A DNA stretch of 64,000 nt from positions 3,515-67,514 of the forward strand of contig VGBO01000001.1 in the NCBI GenBank assembly GCA_016870475.1, in the 5' to 3' direction. Below the pieces are notes generated by a model. That model made no database searches. It was not told the origin of the DNA and worked only from the letters and a program-made list of their open reading frames with translations. The DNA is from Actinomycetota bacterium. Its GTDB lineage: Bacteria > Actinomycetota > Acidimicrobiia > Acidimicrobiales > CAIXPF01. Each line of letters begins with the position of its first letter. The first letter of the stretch is position 1. The translations under genes and the position numbers were made by a program. This document shows positions 31,832 through 40,654 of the stretch, piece after piece.

Positions 31832-33019
31832 GTGGCCCACGATCCGCGCCCCCGCCCGCTCGACGGGATCCGGGTTCTCGACCTGACCCGGTTCCTGTCC
31901 GGTCCGATCTGCGGTCGGGTGCTCGCCGACCTCGGCGCCGACGTGATCAAGGTCGAGCCGCCCGAAGGTGACAACACCCGCCGGGTCCAACCCGCCCCGG
32001 ACGGAAGGTCGATCTACTTCGCGCAGATCAACACCGGGAAGCGCAACATCTCCATCGACCTCGGCCACCCCGACGGCGCCGAGCTCCTGCTGCAGCTCGC
32101 CGAACAGGCGGACGTGCTGCTCGAGAACCTGCGGCCCGGGGTCGCCGACCGGCTCGGCATCGGCGCGGCGACCGTCATGGCCCGCAACCCGCGCCTCGTG
32201 TACTGCTCGATCACCGGGTACGGGCAGACCGGGCCGTGGGCCCGACGTGGTGCGTTCGCCCCGCTCGTGCAGGCCGAGTCCGGAACGATCGAGTTCGCCG
32301 CGCGCAAGCGGCACACCGACCCCCTCCCCGAGGCGCAATCGCATGGCGACGTGTACCCGGGCATGCTCGCCACCCAGGCGATCCTCGCCGCGCTCGTGCA
32401 GCGCGGCACCACCGGTGCGGGCCAGCACCTCGACGTGTCGATGGCCGAGGCGCTGCTCTACACGAACGAGTGGACCGCCGTGGAGCTCGTCGGATACGAC
32501 CGGCCGCAACTCTTCGGCGGGTGGAACGCTCTGGTCACCACCACCGCCGACGGCTCCTCGGTGGCGTTCCCCGGGAACCCGGCGGTGAACTTCCCCACGT
32601 GGGCGAGGGCGATGGGGCGCACCGACTACCTCGAGGACGATCGGTACCGCACCTCCGCCGACCGGCTCGCCCGCGCGGACGAGGTCGTCGACATCATCCG
32701 TGCCTACGTGGCGACCTTCCCCGACCCCGAGACCCTCGAGGCCCACCTCGACGCGTTCCGCATGCCGATGGGCGTGCTCCGGTCGATGCAGGAGATCACC
32801 TCGACCCCCTGGGCGGAGGACCGCGGCGTGGTCACCACCACCGACGACGGGATCCGCATCCCCGCGGCCCCGTTCCGGTCGTCGGCATCCGCGATCGGTG
32901 CACGGGGTGGCGTGCGCCGTCGGGGTGCCGACAACGAGACCGTGCTGCGGGAGCTCCTCGGGCTCGACCCTGCGGCCGTCGACCGGCTCGTCGGCGACGG
33001 GGTGCTCAGTGCCGACTGA
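31832..33019 (+). CDS. Family III (CaiB/BaiF) CoA-transferase
   Basis: LDGIRVLDLTRFLSGPICGRVLADLGADVIKVEPPEGD is a canonical N-terminus. Confidence 0.85.
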   Translation: MAHDPRPRPLDGIRVLDLTRFLSGPICGRVLADLGADVIKVEPPEGDNTRRVQPAPDGRSIYFAQINTGKRNISIDLGHPDGAELLLQLAEQADVLLENLRPGVADRLGIGAATVMARNPRLVYCSITGYGQTGPWARRGAFAPLVQAESGTIEFAARKRHTDPLPEAQSHGDVYPGMLATQAILAALVQRGTTGAGQHLDVSMAEALLYTNEWTAVELVGYDRPQLFGGWNALVTTTADGSSVAFPGNPAVNFPTWARAMGRTDYLEDDRYRTSADRLARADEVVDIIRAYVATFPDPETLEAHLDAFRMPMGVLRSMQEITSTPWAEDRGVVTTTDDGIRIPAAPFRSSASAIGARGGVRRRGADNETVLRELLGLDPAAVDRLVGDGVLSAD

Positions 33020-33022
33020 GCA

Positions 33023-34198
33023 TCAACGCACCACGTCGGCGCCGACGATATGGCGGGCGATGACCCGACGCTGGATCTGTTGGGTGCCCTCGCCGATGTC
33101 GAGCATCTTGACGTCGCGGGTGAGCTTCTCGAGGAACCGGTCGCGGCGCACGCCGGCGTCGCCCACGACGTCCTGTGCCGTGCGGATCGCCGCGAGTGCG
33201 ACCGGCGGGCAGTAGAGCTTCGCTACCGACGCCTCGAGAGCGTTCGGGCGTCCCGCGTCGACGAGCTCGGCGGCCCGGATGCAGAGCCGCCGACCCTGCT
33301 CGATCCCCCGGCGGATCTCCACGAGACGCTCGAGCGCCCGGCGACGCCGTCGGGTGGCGTGCGCCGGGAACTCGGTGTCGACGAACGCCCGGGCATGGTC
33401 GAGCGCGGAGCGGGCGATGCCGACCGCGTGCACGGCGACGATCGGTCGCGTGGCGTTGAAGGTCTCCATCGCGCCGCCGAACCCGCGGTTCGCACGGCCC
33501 TCGTAGTAGGCGTCGCCGCCGAGCAGGTTGTCGGCGGGCAGTCGGCAGTCCTCGAGCACGAAACTCGACGTCTCGTACGCGCGCACACCCATCTTCGCCT
33601 CGTTGCGGAGGAACACGAACCCCGGTCGGTCGCGTTCGACGACGAACGCCCGGTGCCCGTTGCGCCCGGCGGACGGGTCGACGGTTGCGAACACCACGAC
33701 CCAGTCGGCGCGCCCCGAGTTCGAGGAGTACATCTTCTGCCCGTTCAGCACCCACTCGTCGCCGTCGCGGTCGGCGCGCATGGCGATGCGGGCGACGTCG
33801 GAACCGGCGCCCGGTTCGGTCATCGCGAAGGCCGCCCATCGGGGACGGTCCTCGCTGCGGAACGGAGCGAGGAACCGCTCCCGCTGCTCGGGGGTGCCCA
33901 TCTTGCGGACCGGTGCGCCACCGAGACCCGGACCGGGGAGCGTGACGAGCGCGCCACGATCCCAGTAGGCGCCCTCCTCGCCGACGACCACGTTGCGTAC
34001 CGTGCGACGTTCCGACCCTCCCGGGGTCAGCCCACGGCGCATCACACCCTCGCGGACGAGCATCGTGAAGAACTCGTGGTCGGGCGGGATCGGGCGGCCG
34101 AGTCGGTCGGCCTCCTCACCGAGGGGACGCAGCCAGGTCCGTCCGACGTCACGCATGCGGCCGACAGCGGCCCGGAGATCGTCCTCGAAGGCGCTCAT
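33023..34198 (-). CDS. Acyl-CoA dehydrogenase, catalytic (alpha-type) subunit
   Basis: ACAD fold with the catalytic Glu retained (MLDIGEGTQQIQ). ATG at 34198 forms an ATGA overlap with the upstream ACAD-like gene stop. Confidence 0.8.
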   Translation of the reverse strand: MSAFEDDLRAAVGRMRDVGRTWLRPLGEEADRLGRPIPPDHEFFTMLVREGVMRRGLTPGGSERRTVRNVVVGEEGAYWDRGALVTLPGPGLGGAPVRKMGTPEQRERFLAPFRSEDRPRWAAFAMTEPGAGSDVARIAMRADRDGDEWVLNGQKMYSSNSGRADWVVVFATVDPSAGRNGHRAFVVERDRPGFVFLRNEAKMGVRAYETSSFVLEDCRLPADNLLGGDAYYEGRANRGFGGAMETFNATRPIVAVHAVGIARSALDHARAFVDTEFPAHATRRRRRALERLVEIRRGIEQGRRLCIRAAELVDAGRPNALEASVAKLYCPPVALAAIRTAQDVVGDAGVRRDRFLEKLTRDVKMLDIGEGTQQIQRRVIARHIVGADVVR

Positions 34199-35193
34199 GC
34201 CCCAAGCTCCCATCCGGCGAGCTCGTCGGTCGATGCAGCGCACTCGTCGGCCACCCGATCGGACAGGTCGTCGACCGCCATGTCGGCGCCGCCGACGAGC
34301 AGGCGCAGCAGGTGCGCCTCGCGGTACCAGCGCTGCGCCGGATGGTCGTCGACGTAGCCGTGACCACCGAGGAGCTGCACGCCCCAGTCGGCGGCGTCGA
34401 GCACCGCGGGCATCGCCTCGAGATAGGCCTGCGTCATCGCCCAGGGGGTGACCGCGCTGCGCACCGCCACCCGGGCGGCGTCGAGACGAGCCCAGACCGC
34501 GGCGACGTCATGCGCGTTCGCCTGATGCGCGAGCACCGGCTGGCCGAACACGACGCGCTCCCGGCCGTAGGCGACCGCGTAGTCGAGCGCCGCCGCGCCG
34601 ACGCCGACGGCGAGTGCCGCGACCCACAGGCGGGCCACCGACCGGGCGGGGAACGTGTCGACCTCGAGGCGGTACCGGGGTCCGGCCACCCGGACCTCGA
34701 CCCCACCGGACGCCTCCGCGGCGCCCGCAGGAGCAGGGGTCGCCTCGAGCGCTGGGGCCTCGGCGACGGTGAGCACACCGGGGGCGAGCTGCACGAGCGC
34801 TGCGGGGACCGACGTTCCGGGCACCCACGCGACGAGGTCGCCCGGTTCCTCGACCACCGCCACGCCGATCACCTCACCACGGGCGGCCGCAGCACGGAGT
34901 CGGGCGACGAGACCGGCGTCGGGGATCGCGTCGAGTGCCCCGCATGCCGGGCCGGGCTGGTCGACGGCGAGCATCGCTCCCGCGGCGGCCCCGCCGAACA
35001 CCTCGAGCACGACCACCGCGGCGAGTCGGGCCACCGGGTCGGGGTCGGTGAGCAGGCCGGCCGTACCGAGCGCGGCGTACGCGGCCCGGACCGGTTCGGT
35101 CGGCGGACCGTTGGTTCCCGCCGCGCAGGACGCCGCGGCTGCGACGGCCGCACGGCGCAGCTCCTCGAGCTCGTCGGACAGGACCCCGTGCAT
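34195..35193 (-). CDS. Acyl-CoA dehydrogenase-family protein lacking the catalytic Glu (beta-type subunit)
   Basis: ACAD-like C-terminus GGHGYVDDHPAQRWYREAHLLRLLVGGADMA, with Gly where EGT normally sits. ATG at 35193 (MHGVLSDELEELRRAA) is preferred over the ORF-track start at 35232. Confidence 0.7.
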   Translation of the reverse strand: MHGVLSDELEELRRAAVAAAASCAAGTNGPPTEPVRAAYAALGTAGLLTDPDPVARLAAVVVLEVFGGAAAGAMLAVDQPGPACGALDAIPDAGLVARLRAAAARGEVIGVAVVEEPGDLVAWVPGTSVPAALVQLAPGVLTVAEAPALEATPAPAGAAEASGGVEVRVAGPRYRLEVDTFPARSVARLWVAALAVGVGAAALDYAVAYGRERVVFGQPVLAHQANAHDVAAVWARLDAARVAVRSAVTPWAMTQAYLEAMPAVLDAADWGVQLLGGHGYVDDHPAQRWYREAHLLRLLVGGADMAVDDLSDRVADECAASTDELAGWELGA

Positions 35194-35246
35194 GGAAGCG
35201 AACGTAGCCGTGCGAGAATGCTCCGTCCCCACGAAAGGATCCCCTC

Positions 35247-35804
35247 ATGGCCATCGAATGCCCGAACCCGGACGGCTCCAGCGAGCGTCGCACCAGCTTC
35301 GACGGGCCGCCTCCGATGTGCATCGACCCGGCGAAGCGGTACACGGCCGAGATGGTGACCTCGATGGGCACGCTCGTGATCGCGCTCGATCCGATCTCCG
35401 CACCGAAGACGGTCAACAGCTTCGTCTTCCTCGCCCGGTACCACTACTTCGACGGGCTCACCTTCCACCGGATCATCAACGGGTTCGTGTGCCAGGGCGG
35501 CTGCCCGCAGGGCAGCGGCACCGGCGGCCCCGGCTACCGCTTCGAGGACGAGCTCCCCAAGCCCGGTCGCTACGAGCTCGGCTCACTCGCCATGGCGAAC
35601 GCCGGGCCGAACACCAACGGCTCGCAGTTCTTCCTGATCTCCGGCCCGAGCGGCGTGGGCCTGCCGCCGCTGTACAGCCTGTTCGGCAAGGTCGTCCGCG
35701 GTCTCGACATCGTCGACGCCATGCAGAAGGTGCCGACGGGCCACGGTGACCGTCCGCTCACGCCGGTCGTGATCGAGTCGGTCACCATCACCGAACAGGA
35801 CTGA
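35247..35804 (+). CDS. Cyclophilin-type peptidyl-prolyl cis-trans isomerase
   Basis: FHRIINGFVCQGGCPQGSGTGGPGY and LAMANAGPNTNGSQFFL. An AAAGGA Shine-Dalgarno lies upstream. Confidence 0.9.
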   Translation: MAIECPNPDGSSERRTSFDGPPPMCIDPAKRYTAEMVTSMGTLVIALDPISAPKTVNSFVFLARYHYFDGLTFHRIINGFVCQGGCPQGSGTGGPGYRFEDELPKPGRYELGSLAMANAGPNTNGSQFFLISGPSGVGLPPLYSLFGKVVRGLDIVDAMQKVPTGHGDRPLTPVVIESVTITEQD

Positions 35805-35814
35805 GGTCTGGGGC

Positions 35815-36618
35815 TCAGGCGAGCGGCTTGCCGGGGGTACGCGACCCGGCGAGCCGCGCCTCGAGCTTGCGCATACCCACGAGCCAGCGCCCGAGATCGG
35901 CGGTCTTGCGCTCCATCCAGGTCTGCGCGATCGGGTCGGTGAGGATCAGGAACCGGTCCTCGGCGAACGCGTCGACGACCTGCTGGGCGACCTCGTCGGC
36001 GGTGCGGATCGGCCCGGCGGCAGTGCGTGCGAAGTCGGAGGACGTGTCGAGCATCGGCGTGTCGACCCCGAGCGGCGCGAGCAGGAACGTGTGCACGCCC
36101 TTGTCGTGGTAGGTGATCGACAGCCACTCGGCGAGACCGACGACCGCGTGCTTGGTGGTCGCGTACGTGCACGCGCCGTGACTCGTGAGGATGCCCGCCA
36201 TCGACGCCGTGTGCTGCAGGATCCCCCAGCCCCGTTCGATCATGCCCGGGAGCACGTGTCGCACGGCGTACACGTGACTCATCACGTTCACCTGCCATTG
36301 CTGGTCCCATACGGCCAGCGGCGTGTGCAGGATGTCGCTGTCGTTCGCGATGCCGGCGTTGTTGCACAGCACGTCGATCGGACCCGACGCCGCCTCGACG
36401 GCCTGCAACGCTGCGACCACGGAGGCCTCGTCCCCGACGTCGCACGCGTAGGCGGTCGCTACCGGGCCGATCAGCGCGGCGGTCTCCTCGGCGCCGGCGA
36501 GGTTGCGGTCGAACACGGCGACGGCCGCGGCGCCTTCCGCGGCGAACCGCACGCACATCGCCCGGCCGATCCCCGATCCGCCACCCGTCACCACACACAC
36601 CCGTCCGGTCACCTGCAT
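35815..36618 (-). CDS. Short-chain dehydrogenase/reductase (SDR)
   Basis: VTGGGSGIGRA (TGxxxGxG), NNAGI and YATTKHAV (YxxxK). ATG at 36618 lies inside ORF 35815..37209. Confidence 0.85.
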   Translation of the reverse strand: MQVTGRVCVVTGGGSGIGRAMCVRFAAEGAAAVAVFDRNLAGAEETAALIGPVATAYACDVGDEASVVAALQAVEAASGPIDVLCNNAGIANDSDILHTPLAVWDQQWQVNVMSHVYAVRHVLPGMIERGWGILQHTASMAGILTSHGACTYATTKHAVVGLAEWLSITYHDKGVHTFLLAPLGVDTPMLDTSSDFARTAAGPIRTADEVAQQVVDAFAEDRFLILTDPIAQTWMERKTADLGRWLVGMRKLEARLAGSRTPGKPLA

Positions 36619-36628
36619 GGCGCGCAAC

Positions 36629-37675
36629 CTACAGGAACGTCGCTGCGACCGAGTCGAGCACGAGCACCCCGGCGGCGGTCGCCCGAATGGTGCGCCCGCG
36701 GCGTTCGAGGAGGCCGTCGGCGACGAGTCGGTCGACCTCGGCGTCCCATCGCCCGTCGGGGAGCTCGACCCCCTCGATGCGTCGCAGGCCGGTGAAGAGC
36801 CGCTCCACCTCCGGGTCCGCGACCACGGTCGGTGCACCCCGACCACCGTCGAGCCAGGCCTCGAAGCCGGGGTTCGTCCGGCGCACGTGGCCCGGTTCGT
36901 GCCCGGTCGCCGACGGTCCGACGCCGAACCACGATTCACCCGCCCAGTAGCCGGAGTTGTGCCGGCACCGATGCCCGGGGCGGGCGTGGTTCGACACCTC
37001 GTACCGTTCGAACCCGGCGGCACCGAGCACCTCCGCCGCGGTGAGGATCGCTCGGCGTTCGACCTCCTCGTCGACGCGCACCCCTCGACGTGCGAACGGC
37101 GTGTCGGGCTCGATCGTGAGCGTGTACACCGAGCAGTGGTCGATGCCCCGGGCGACGACCGCGGCCAGGTCCGCAGCAAGATCCTGCCCCTCGACACAGG
37201 AGATGACATCGGCGTTGAGGGTTACGCCGGTGCCGCGCACGTCGTCGAGAGCGTCGAGGGCGGTGCGGGCGTCGTGGGAGCGACCGAGTCGACGGAGCGC
37301 GTCGTCGGATGTCGACTGCACACCGACACTGACCCGGGTGATCCCGAGAGCCTCCCAGGTGCGCGCCCGAGACCGGTCGACGTGACCGGGGTGCACCTCG
37401 AGGGTGACCTCGGCGTCCGGGGCGACCGGCAACGCTCGCCGCACGTCGTCGAGCAGACGGCCGAGCTCCGCGTCGGTGAGCTGCGACGGCGTGCCACCGC
37501 CGAGGTACACGGTCTCGATGGCCGCACCCGCCGATCGTTCCGCCACCTCACCGAGCTCACGTCCGAGTTCGTCGAGGTACGCGCCGACGAGGTCGTCCCG
37601 CGGGCGCAGCACGTGGAAGCTGCAGAACGGGCAGATCGTCGGGCAGAACGGGACGTGCACGTAGAGCATCGCCAT
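36629..37675 (-). CDS. hemW: Radical SAM heme chaperone HemW (HemN-like, oxygen-independent coproporphyrinogen oxidase family)
   Basis: MAMLYVHVPFCPTICPFCSF (CxxxCxxC at the extreme N-terminus) and YLGGGTPS. The ATG lies 3 nt downstream of the tRNA-Arg 3' end on the same strand. Confidence 0.8.
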   Translation of the reverse strand: MAMLYVHVPFCPTICPFCSFHVLRPRDDLVGAYLDELGRELGEVAERSAGAAIETVYLGGGTPSQLTDAELGRLLDDVRRALPVAPDAEVTLEVHPGHVDRSRARTWEALGITRVSVGVQSTSDDALRRLGRSHDARTALDALDDVRGTGVTLNADVISCVEGQDLAADLAAVVARGIDHCSVYTLTIEPDTPFARRGVRVDEEVERRAILTAAEVLGAAGFERYEVSNHARPGHRCRHNSGYWAGESWFGVGPSATGHEPGHVRRTNPGFEAWLDGGRGAPTVVADPEVERLFTGLRRIEGVELPDGRWDAEVDRLVADGLLERRGRTIRATAAGVLVLDSVAATFL

Positions 37676-37678
37676 CGG

Positions 37679-37751
37679 CGCCCCCGGCAGGAATCGAACC
37701 TGCGACCGTCGGATTAGAAGTCCGCCGCTCTATCCGCTGAGCTACGGGGGC
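37679..37751 (-). tRNA. tRNA-Arg (anticodon TCT)
   Basis: The reverse complement folds as acceptor GCCCCCG/CGGGGGC, anticodon loop CTTCTAA, T-arm GCAGG-TTCGATT-CCTGC, discriminator G. Confidence 0.9.
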
Positions 37752-37865
37752 CGTGCGGACGACGGGCGATCGCCTGCGCGGCGCAGGCTACCGACCCTCG
37801 GAAGGTCTTCTACGCTGCGGGCACGCCGGGGCCCTCTCGGGCCCACGTGAACCGAAGGGGGCACC

Positions 37866-39020
37866 ATGGTCGCAACGACACTGGCAGCAGAGGCGATCGT
37901 CGGCGCACTCGCCGACACCGACGCCGAGTCGGAGTCGGGCCGACGCCTGTCGGACCGTGCCGTCGCGCTCCTGCACGAGGCGGGACTCACCCGGATCGTC
38001 GCCCCGAAGCACCACGGCGGGGACGAGCTCCCACCGCGTGCGCTCCTCGAAGCCGAACGCTTCGTTGCGCACGGCAGCCCGGCAGCGTCATGGGTGCTGA
38101 TGGTGTGCGCCGCGCACACGTTCATCGCCGGACGCATGGCACCGGAGGCACAGACCGAACTGTTCGCCGGACACCCGGGGATGCTCATCCCCGGCACGCC
38201 GTCACGACAAGGCACGGCGATGCGGGTCCCCGGCGGGTACGAGCTGCGGGGACGCTGGGCGTTCGCCAGCGGCGCCGACCATGGCGACTGGGTGATGGTG
38301 GGCGCGCAGGGGATTCGTGACGCGGATGGCAGGTCGACTCCGGCGCTGCTCGTCGTGCTCCCCAAGGACGACGTCACGATCGACGACACCTGGTTCACCC
38401 TCGGCATGCGGGGCACCGGGTCGAAGGACATCGTGCTCGACGGGGTCTTCGTCCCCGAGCATCGCGCCGTGCCGATGAACACGGCGTTCCTCGGCACCGT
38501 CCCCGACATCGACCGACCGCTCTACCGACTGCCGATCGGACCGTCGCTCGCCACCATGCTCCTCGGCCCGATCGTCGGCATGAGCGAGGCCGGCCTCGAC
38601 CGCTTCGTCGCCGAGACGAAGGACCGCGTCGACGCCTACACCGGCGGACGCAAAGCCGAACAGGCGGGTCTGCAACGCCGCGTCGCCGAAGCCCGCGCCG
38701 AGATCTCGCACGCCTGGTCGCTCGCCATGCAGAACTGCGACCTGCTCGAGCACGCCATGTCGTTCGAACCGCCGATGCCCGTCGAACGGCGGGCCCAGGT
38801 GCGGTGGAACGCCGCGTACGCAGCAGAGCTATGCCGACGCGCTGCGGAACGGCTCTTCGCCGGTGCCGGGGCAGGCGCGGCGCACGACCGGAACGTCAAC
38901 CAGCGCACCTACCGCGACGTGAACACCGCCACCCACCACGCGATGTTGGACTTCGACACCGCCCTCGAGATCCAAGGCAAGGTGCTCCTCGGCGTCGACC
39001 AGATCGAGGCGATGATCTAG
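37866..39020 (+). CDS. ACAD-fold flavin-dependent monooxygenase (HsaA/DszC-like oxygenase component)
   Basis: Acyl-CoA dehydrogenase-like fold without the EGT catalytic Glu. ELRGRWAFASGADHGDW is typical of group D flavin monooxygenases. A GAAGGGGG Shine-Dalgarno is present. Confidence 0.65.
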   Translation: MVATTLAAEAIVGALADTDAESESGRRLSDRAVALLHEAGLTRIVAPKHHGGDELPPRALLEAERFVAHGSPAASWVLMVCAAHTFIAGRMAPEAQTELFAGHPGMLIPGTPSRQGTAMRVPGGYELRGRWAFASGADHGDWVMVGAQGIRDADGRSTPALLVVLPKDDVTIDDTWFTLGMRGTGSKDIVLDGVFVPEHRAVPMNTAFLGTVPDIDRPLYRLPIGPSLATMLLGPIVGMSEAGLDRFVAETKDRVDAYTGGRKAEQAGLQRRVAEARAEISHAWSLAMQNCDLLEHAMSFEPPMPVERRAQVRWNAAYAAELCRRAAERLFAGAGAGAAHDRNVNQRTYRDVNTATHHAMLDFDTALEIQGKVLLGVDQIEAMI

Positions 39021-39075
39021 AGCGCCGCGGCGGTTGGGTCGCCCCTGCGGCGCCGCCTATGATCGAGGCCCACGT

Positions 39076-39151
39076 GGTGGCCGTAGCTCAGCTCGGTTAG
39101 AGCGCCAGGTTGTGGCCCTGGAGGTCGGGGGTTCAAGTCCCCTCGGTCACC
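39076..39151 (+). tRNA. tRNA-His (anticodon GTG)
   Basis: Encoded G-1 followed by acceptor GTGGCCG/CGGTCAC, anticodon loop TTGTGGC, T-loop TTCAAGT, discriminator C. Confidence 0.9.
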
Positions 39152-39217
39152 CTCGAGATCGGCGCCGTCGCCGAGGTGCGGGACCTCCCGTGGCTCGGCT
39201 ACGGTGCCGTCCCCTCG

Positions 39218-39289
39218 GCGCCTCTAGCTCAACGGCAGAGCAACGGACTCTTAATCCGCAGGTTCTGGGTTCGAATCCCAGGGGGCGCA
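39218..39289 (+). tRNA. tRNA-Lys (anticodon CTT)
   Basis: Acceptor GCGCCTC/GGGGCGC, anticodon loop CTCTTAA, T-arm CTGGG-TTCGAAT-CCCAG, discriminator A. Confidence 0.9.
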
Positions 39290-40252
39290 CGCCAGTCGAC
39301 GCGATGCCACGGTGTCGCCGAGCAGACGGTGCCCTTCGGGAAGCTGGCCGGCGTGGACCATCGCCCGCAGGTATCGGTGCATGAGCACGGCCACCCGCAC
39401 CGCGGCGACCGCCTGGTACCAACTGAGTTCGACGGTTCGGCGCCCGCCGAGCTCGGCGTAGGTCGCAGCGATCCCCGCGAGATCCCGGAACCCGGGCAGC
39501 GACGCATGGCCGGCCCCTTCGATCCGCACGTGGTTCATCTCCGCCAACCAGGCGAGGTCGTGCTCCGCGGGGCCGACGGAGGCGAGCTCCCAATCGAGCA
39601 ACGCGACAGGATCGAAACCCGCGGCGACCACGTTCGCCGGTCGGGCGTCACCCCACAGCAACACGTCCCCCGGCGAGGGCGGGACCTCCTGCTCGAGGGC
39701 GGCGAGCGTCTCCTCGATGATCGTCGGCCAGTGGTCGCCACGGTCCCACTCCCACAAGCGGCGGACGTCGTCGAGATAGGCGACGTTGGCGTCGCCGACG
39801 GGGCGGAGGGCCTCGATGACCGGCGTCGCATGCACCTCGACGAGCGCGCCGAGCAGCCCGTCGAAGAAGCGGCGCTGATCGCCCAGGCTCGCATCGTGGA
39901 GCCACCCGGCCTCCGCGAAGGTCGGGCGGTCGTCGGCAGGGACCCGACCCTCCACGAACGCCATCACGAACGCCGGCCGGCCGAGGCGGACGCCCTCGAG
40001 ATCGACGTCGAGCAGCTCGGGCACGGGCACACGGCCAGCGAGTGCACGCAAGCACGCCACCTGCCGACCGAGGTCGTAGGTGGGGAACATCGACCGGCGG
40101 GCCGGTTCGACGCGGACGACGACGCGGGCGGCGCCGAACCGACACAGCAGCGTGTCGTTCGACCATCCGCCGCCGGTCGGCGTGGCCACCGACAGCGCAG
40201 CCGGACCGCCGAACAGGTCGGCGAGCCACGCAGCGAGCGGCTCGTCAGCCAA
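39251..40252 (-). CDS. Phosphotransferase (APH/choline-kinase-like) family protein
   Basis: LLWGDARPANVV (Brenner-type catalytic loop) and LLDWELASVGPAEHDLAW. TTG start at 40252. The last 13 codons are antisense to tRNA-Lys. Confidence 0.75.
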   Translation of the reverse strand: MADEPLAAWLADLFGGPAALSVATPTGGGWSNDTLLCRFGAARVVVRVEPARRSMFPTYDLGRQVACLRALAGRVPVPELLDVDLEGVRLGRPAFVMAFVEGRVPADDRPTFAEAGWLHDASLGDQRRFFDGLLGALVEVHATPVIEALRPVGDANVAYLDDVRRLWEWDRGDHWPTIIEETLAALEQEVPPSPGDVLLWGDARPANVVAAGFDPVALLDWELASVGPAEHDLAWLAEMNHVRIEGAGHASLPGFRDLAGIAATYAELGGRRTVELSWYQAVAAVRVAVLMHRYLRAMVHAGQLPEGHRLLGDTVASRRLACAPWDSNPEPAD

Positions 40253-40628
40253 GGGTCTGCGGCGGCTCCCAGTGGCCGCCCGTCTCCCGGCTGTTCCAGA
40301 TCTCGGTGATCAGACCGCCGACCACCCGGAACACCTCGATCCCGCAGTAGGTGAAGGACTTGCCCGAGGTCTGGGTGGAGAACCCGTTCCAGCAGACGGT
40401 TACGAACTCGTCGTCACCACACAACAGCGACGTGTCGAACCGCAGCACCGGGCACAGGTCGAACGTTGCCTGCAGGCGCGCGATCGACTCGGCGATGGAG
40501 AGCACCTTCACCTCCCCCGCATGGTGCCGCCACGTCGGATCGGAGATCAGCTCGGCGACGAGATCGAGACGACGCTCGTTGTACAGCACGTCGAGGTACC
40601 GGGTGACGACGTCCTTCGCGGTGGCCAT
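40245..40628 (-). CDS. SnoaL-like / NTF2-fold protein
   Basis: 127 aa. AKDVVTRYLDVLYNERRLDLVAELISDP and GIEVFRVVGGLITEIW are typical of SnoaL-like cyclase-fold proteins. It overlaps the downstream phosphotransferase start by 8 nt. Confidence 0.65.
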   Translation of the reverse strand: MATAKDVVTRYLDVLYNERRLDLVAELISDPTWRHHAGEVKVLSIAESIARLQATFDLCPVLRFDTSLLCGDDEFVTVCWNGFSTQTSGKSFTYCGIEVFRVVGGLITEIWNSRETGGHWEPPQTLG

Positions 40629-40654
40629 AGCGGCGAGAACGTACAGTCTCGCCG

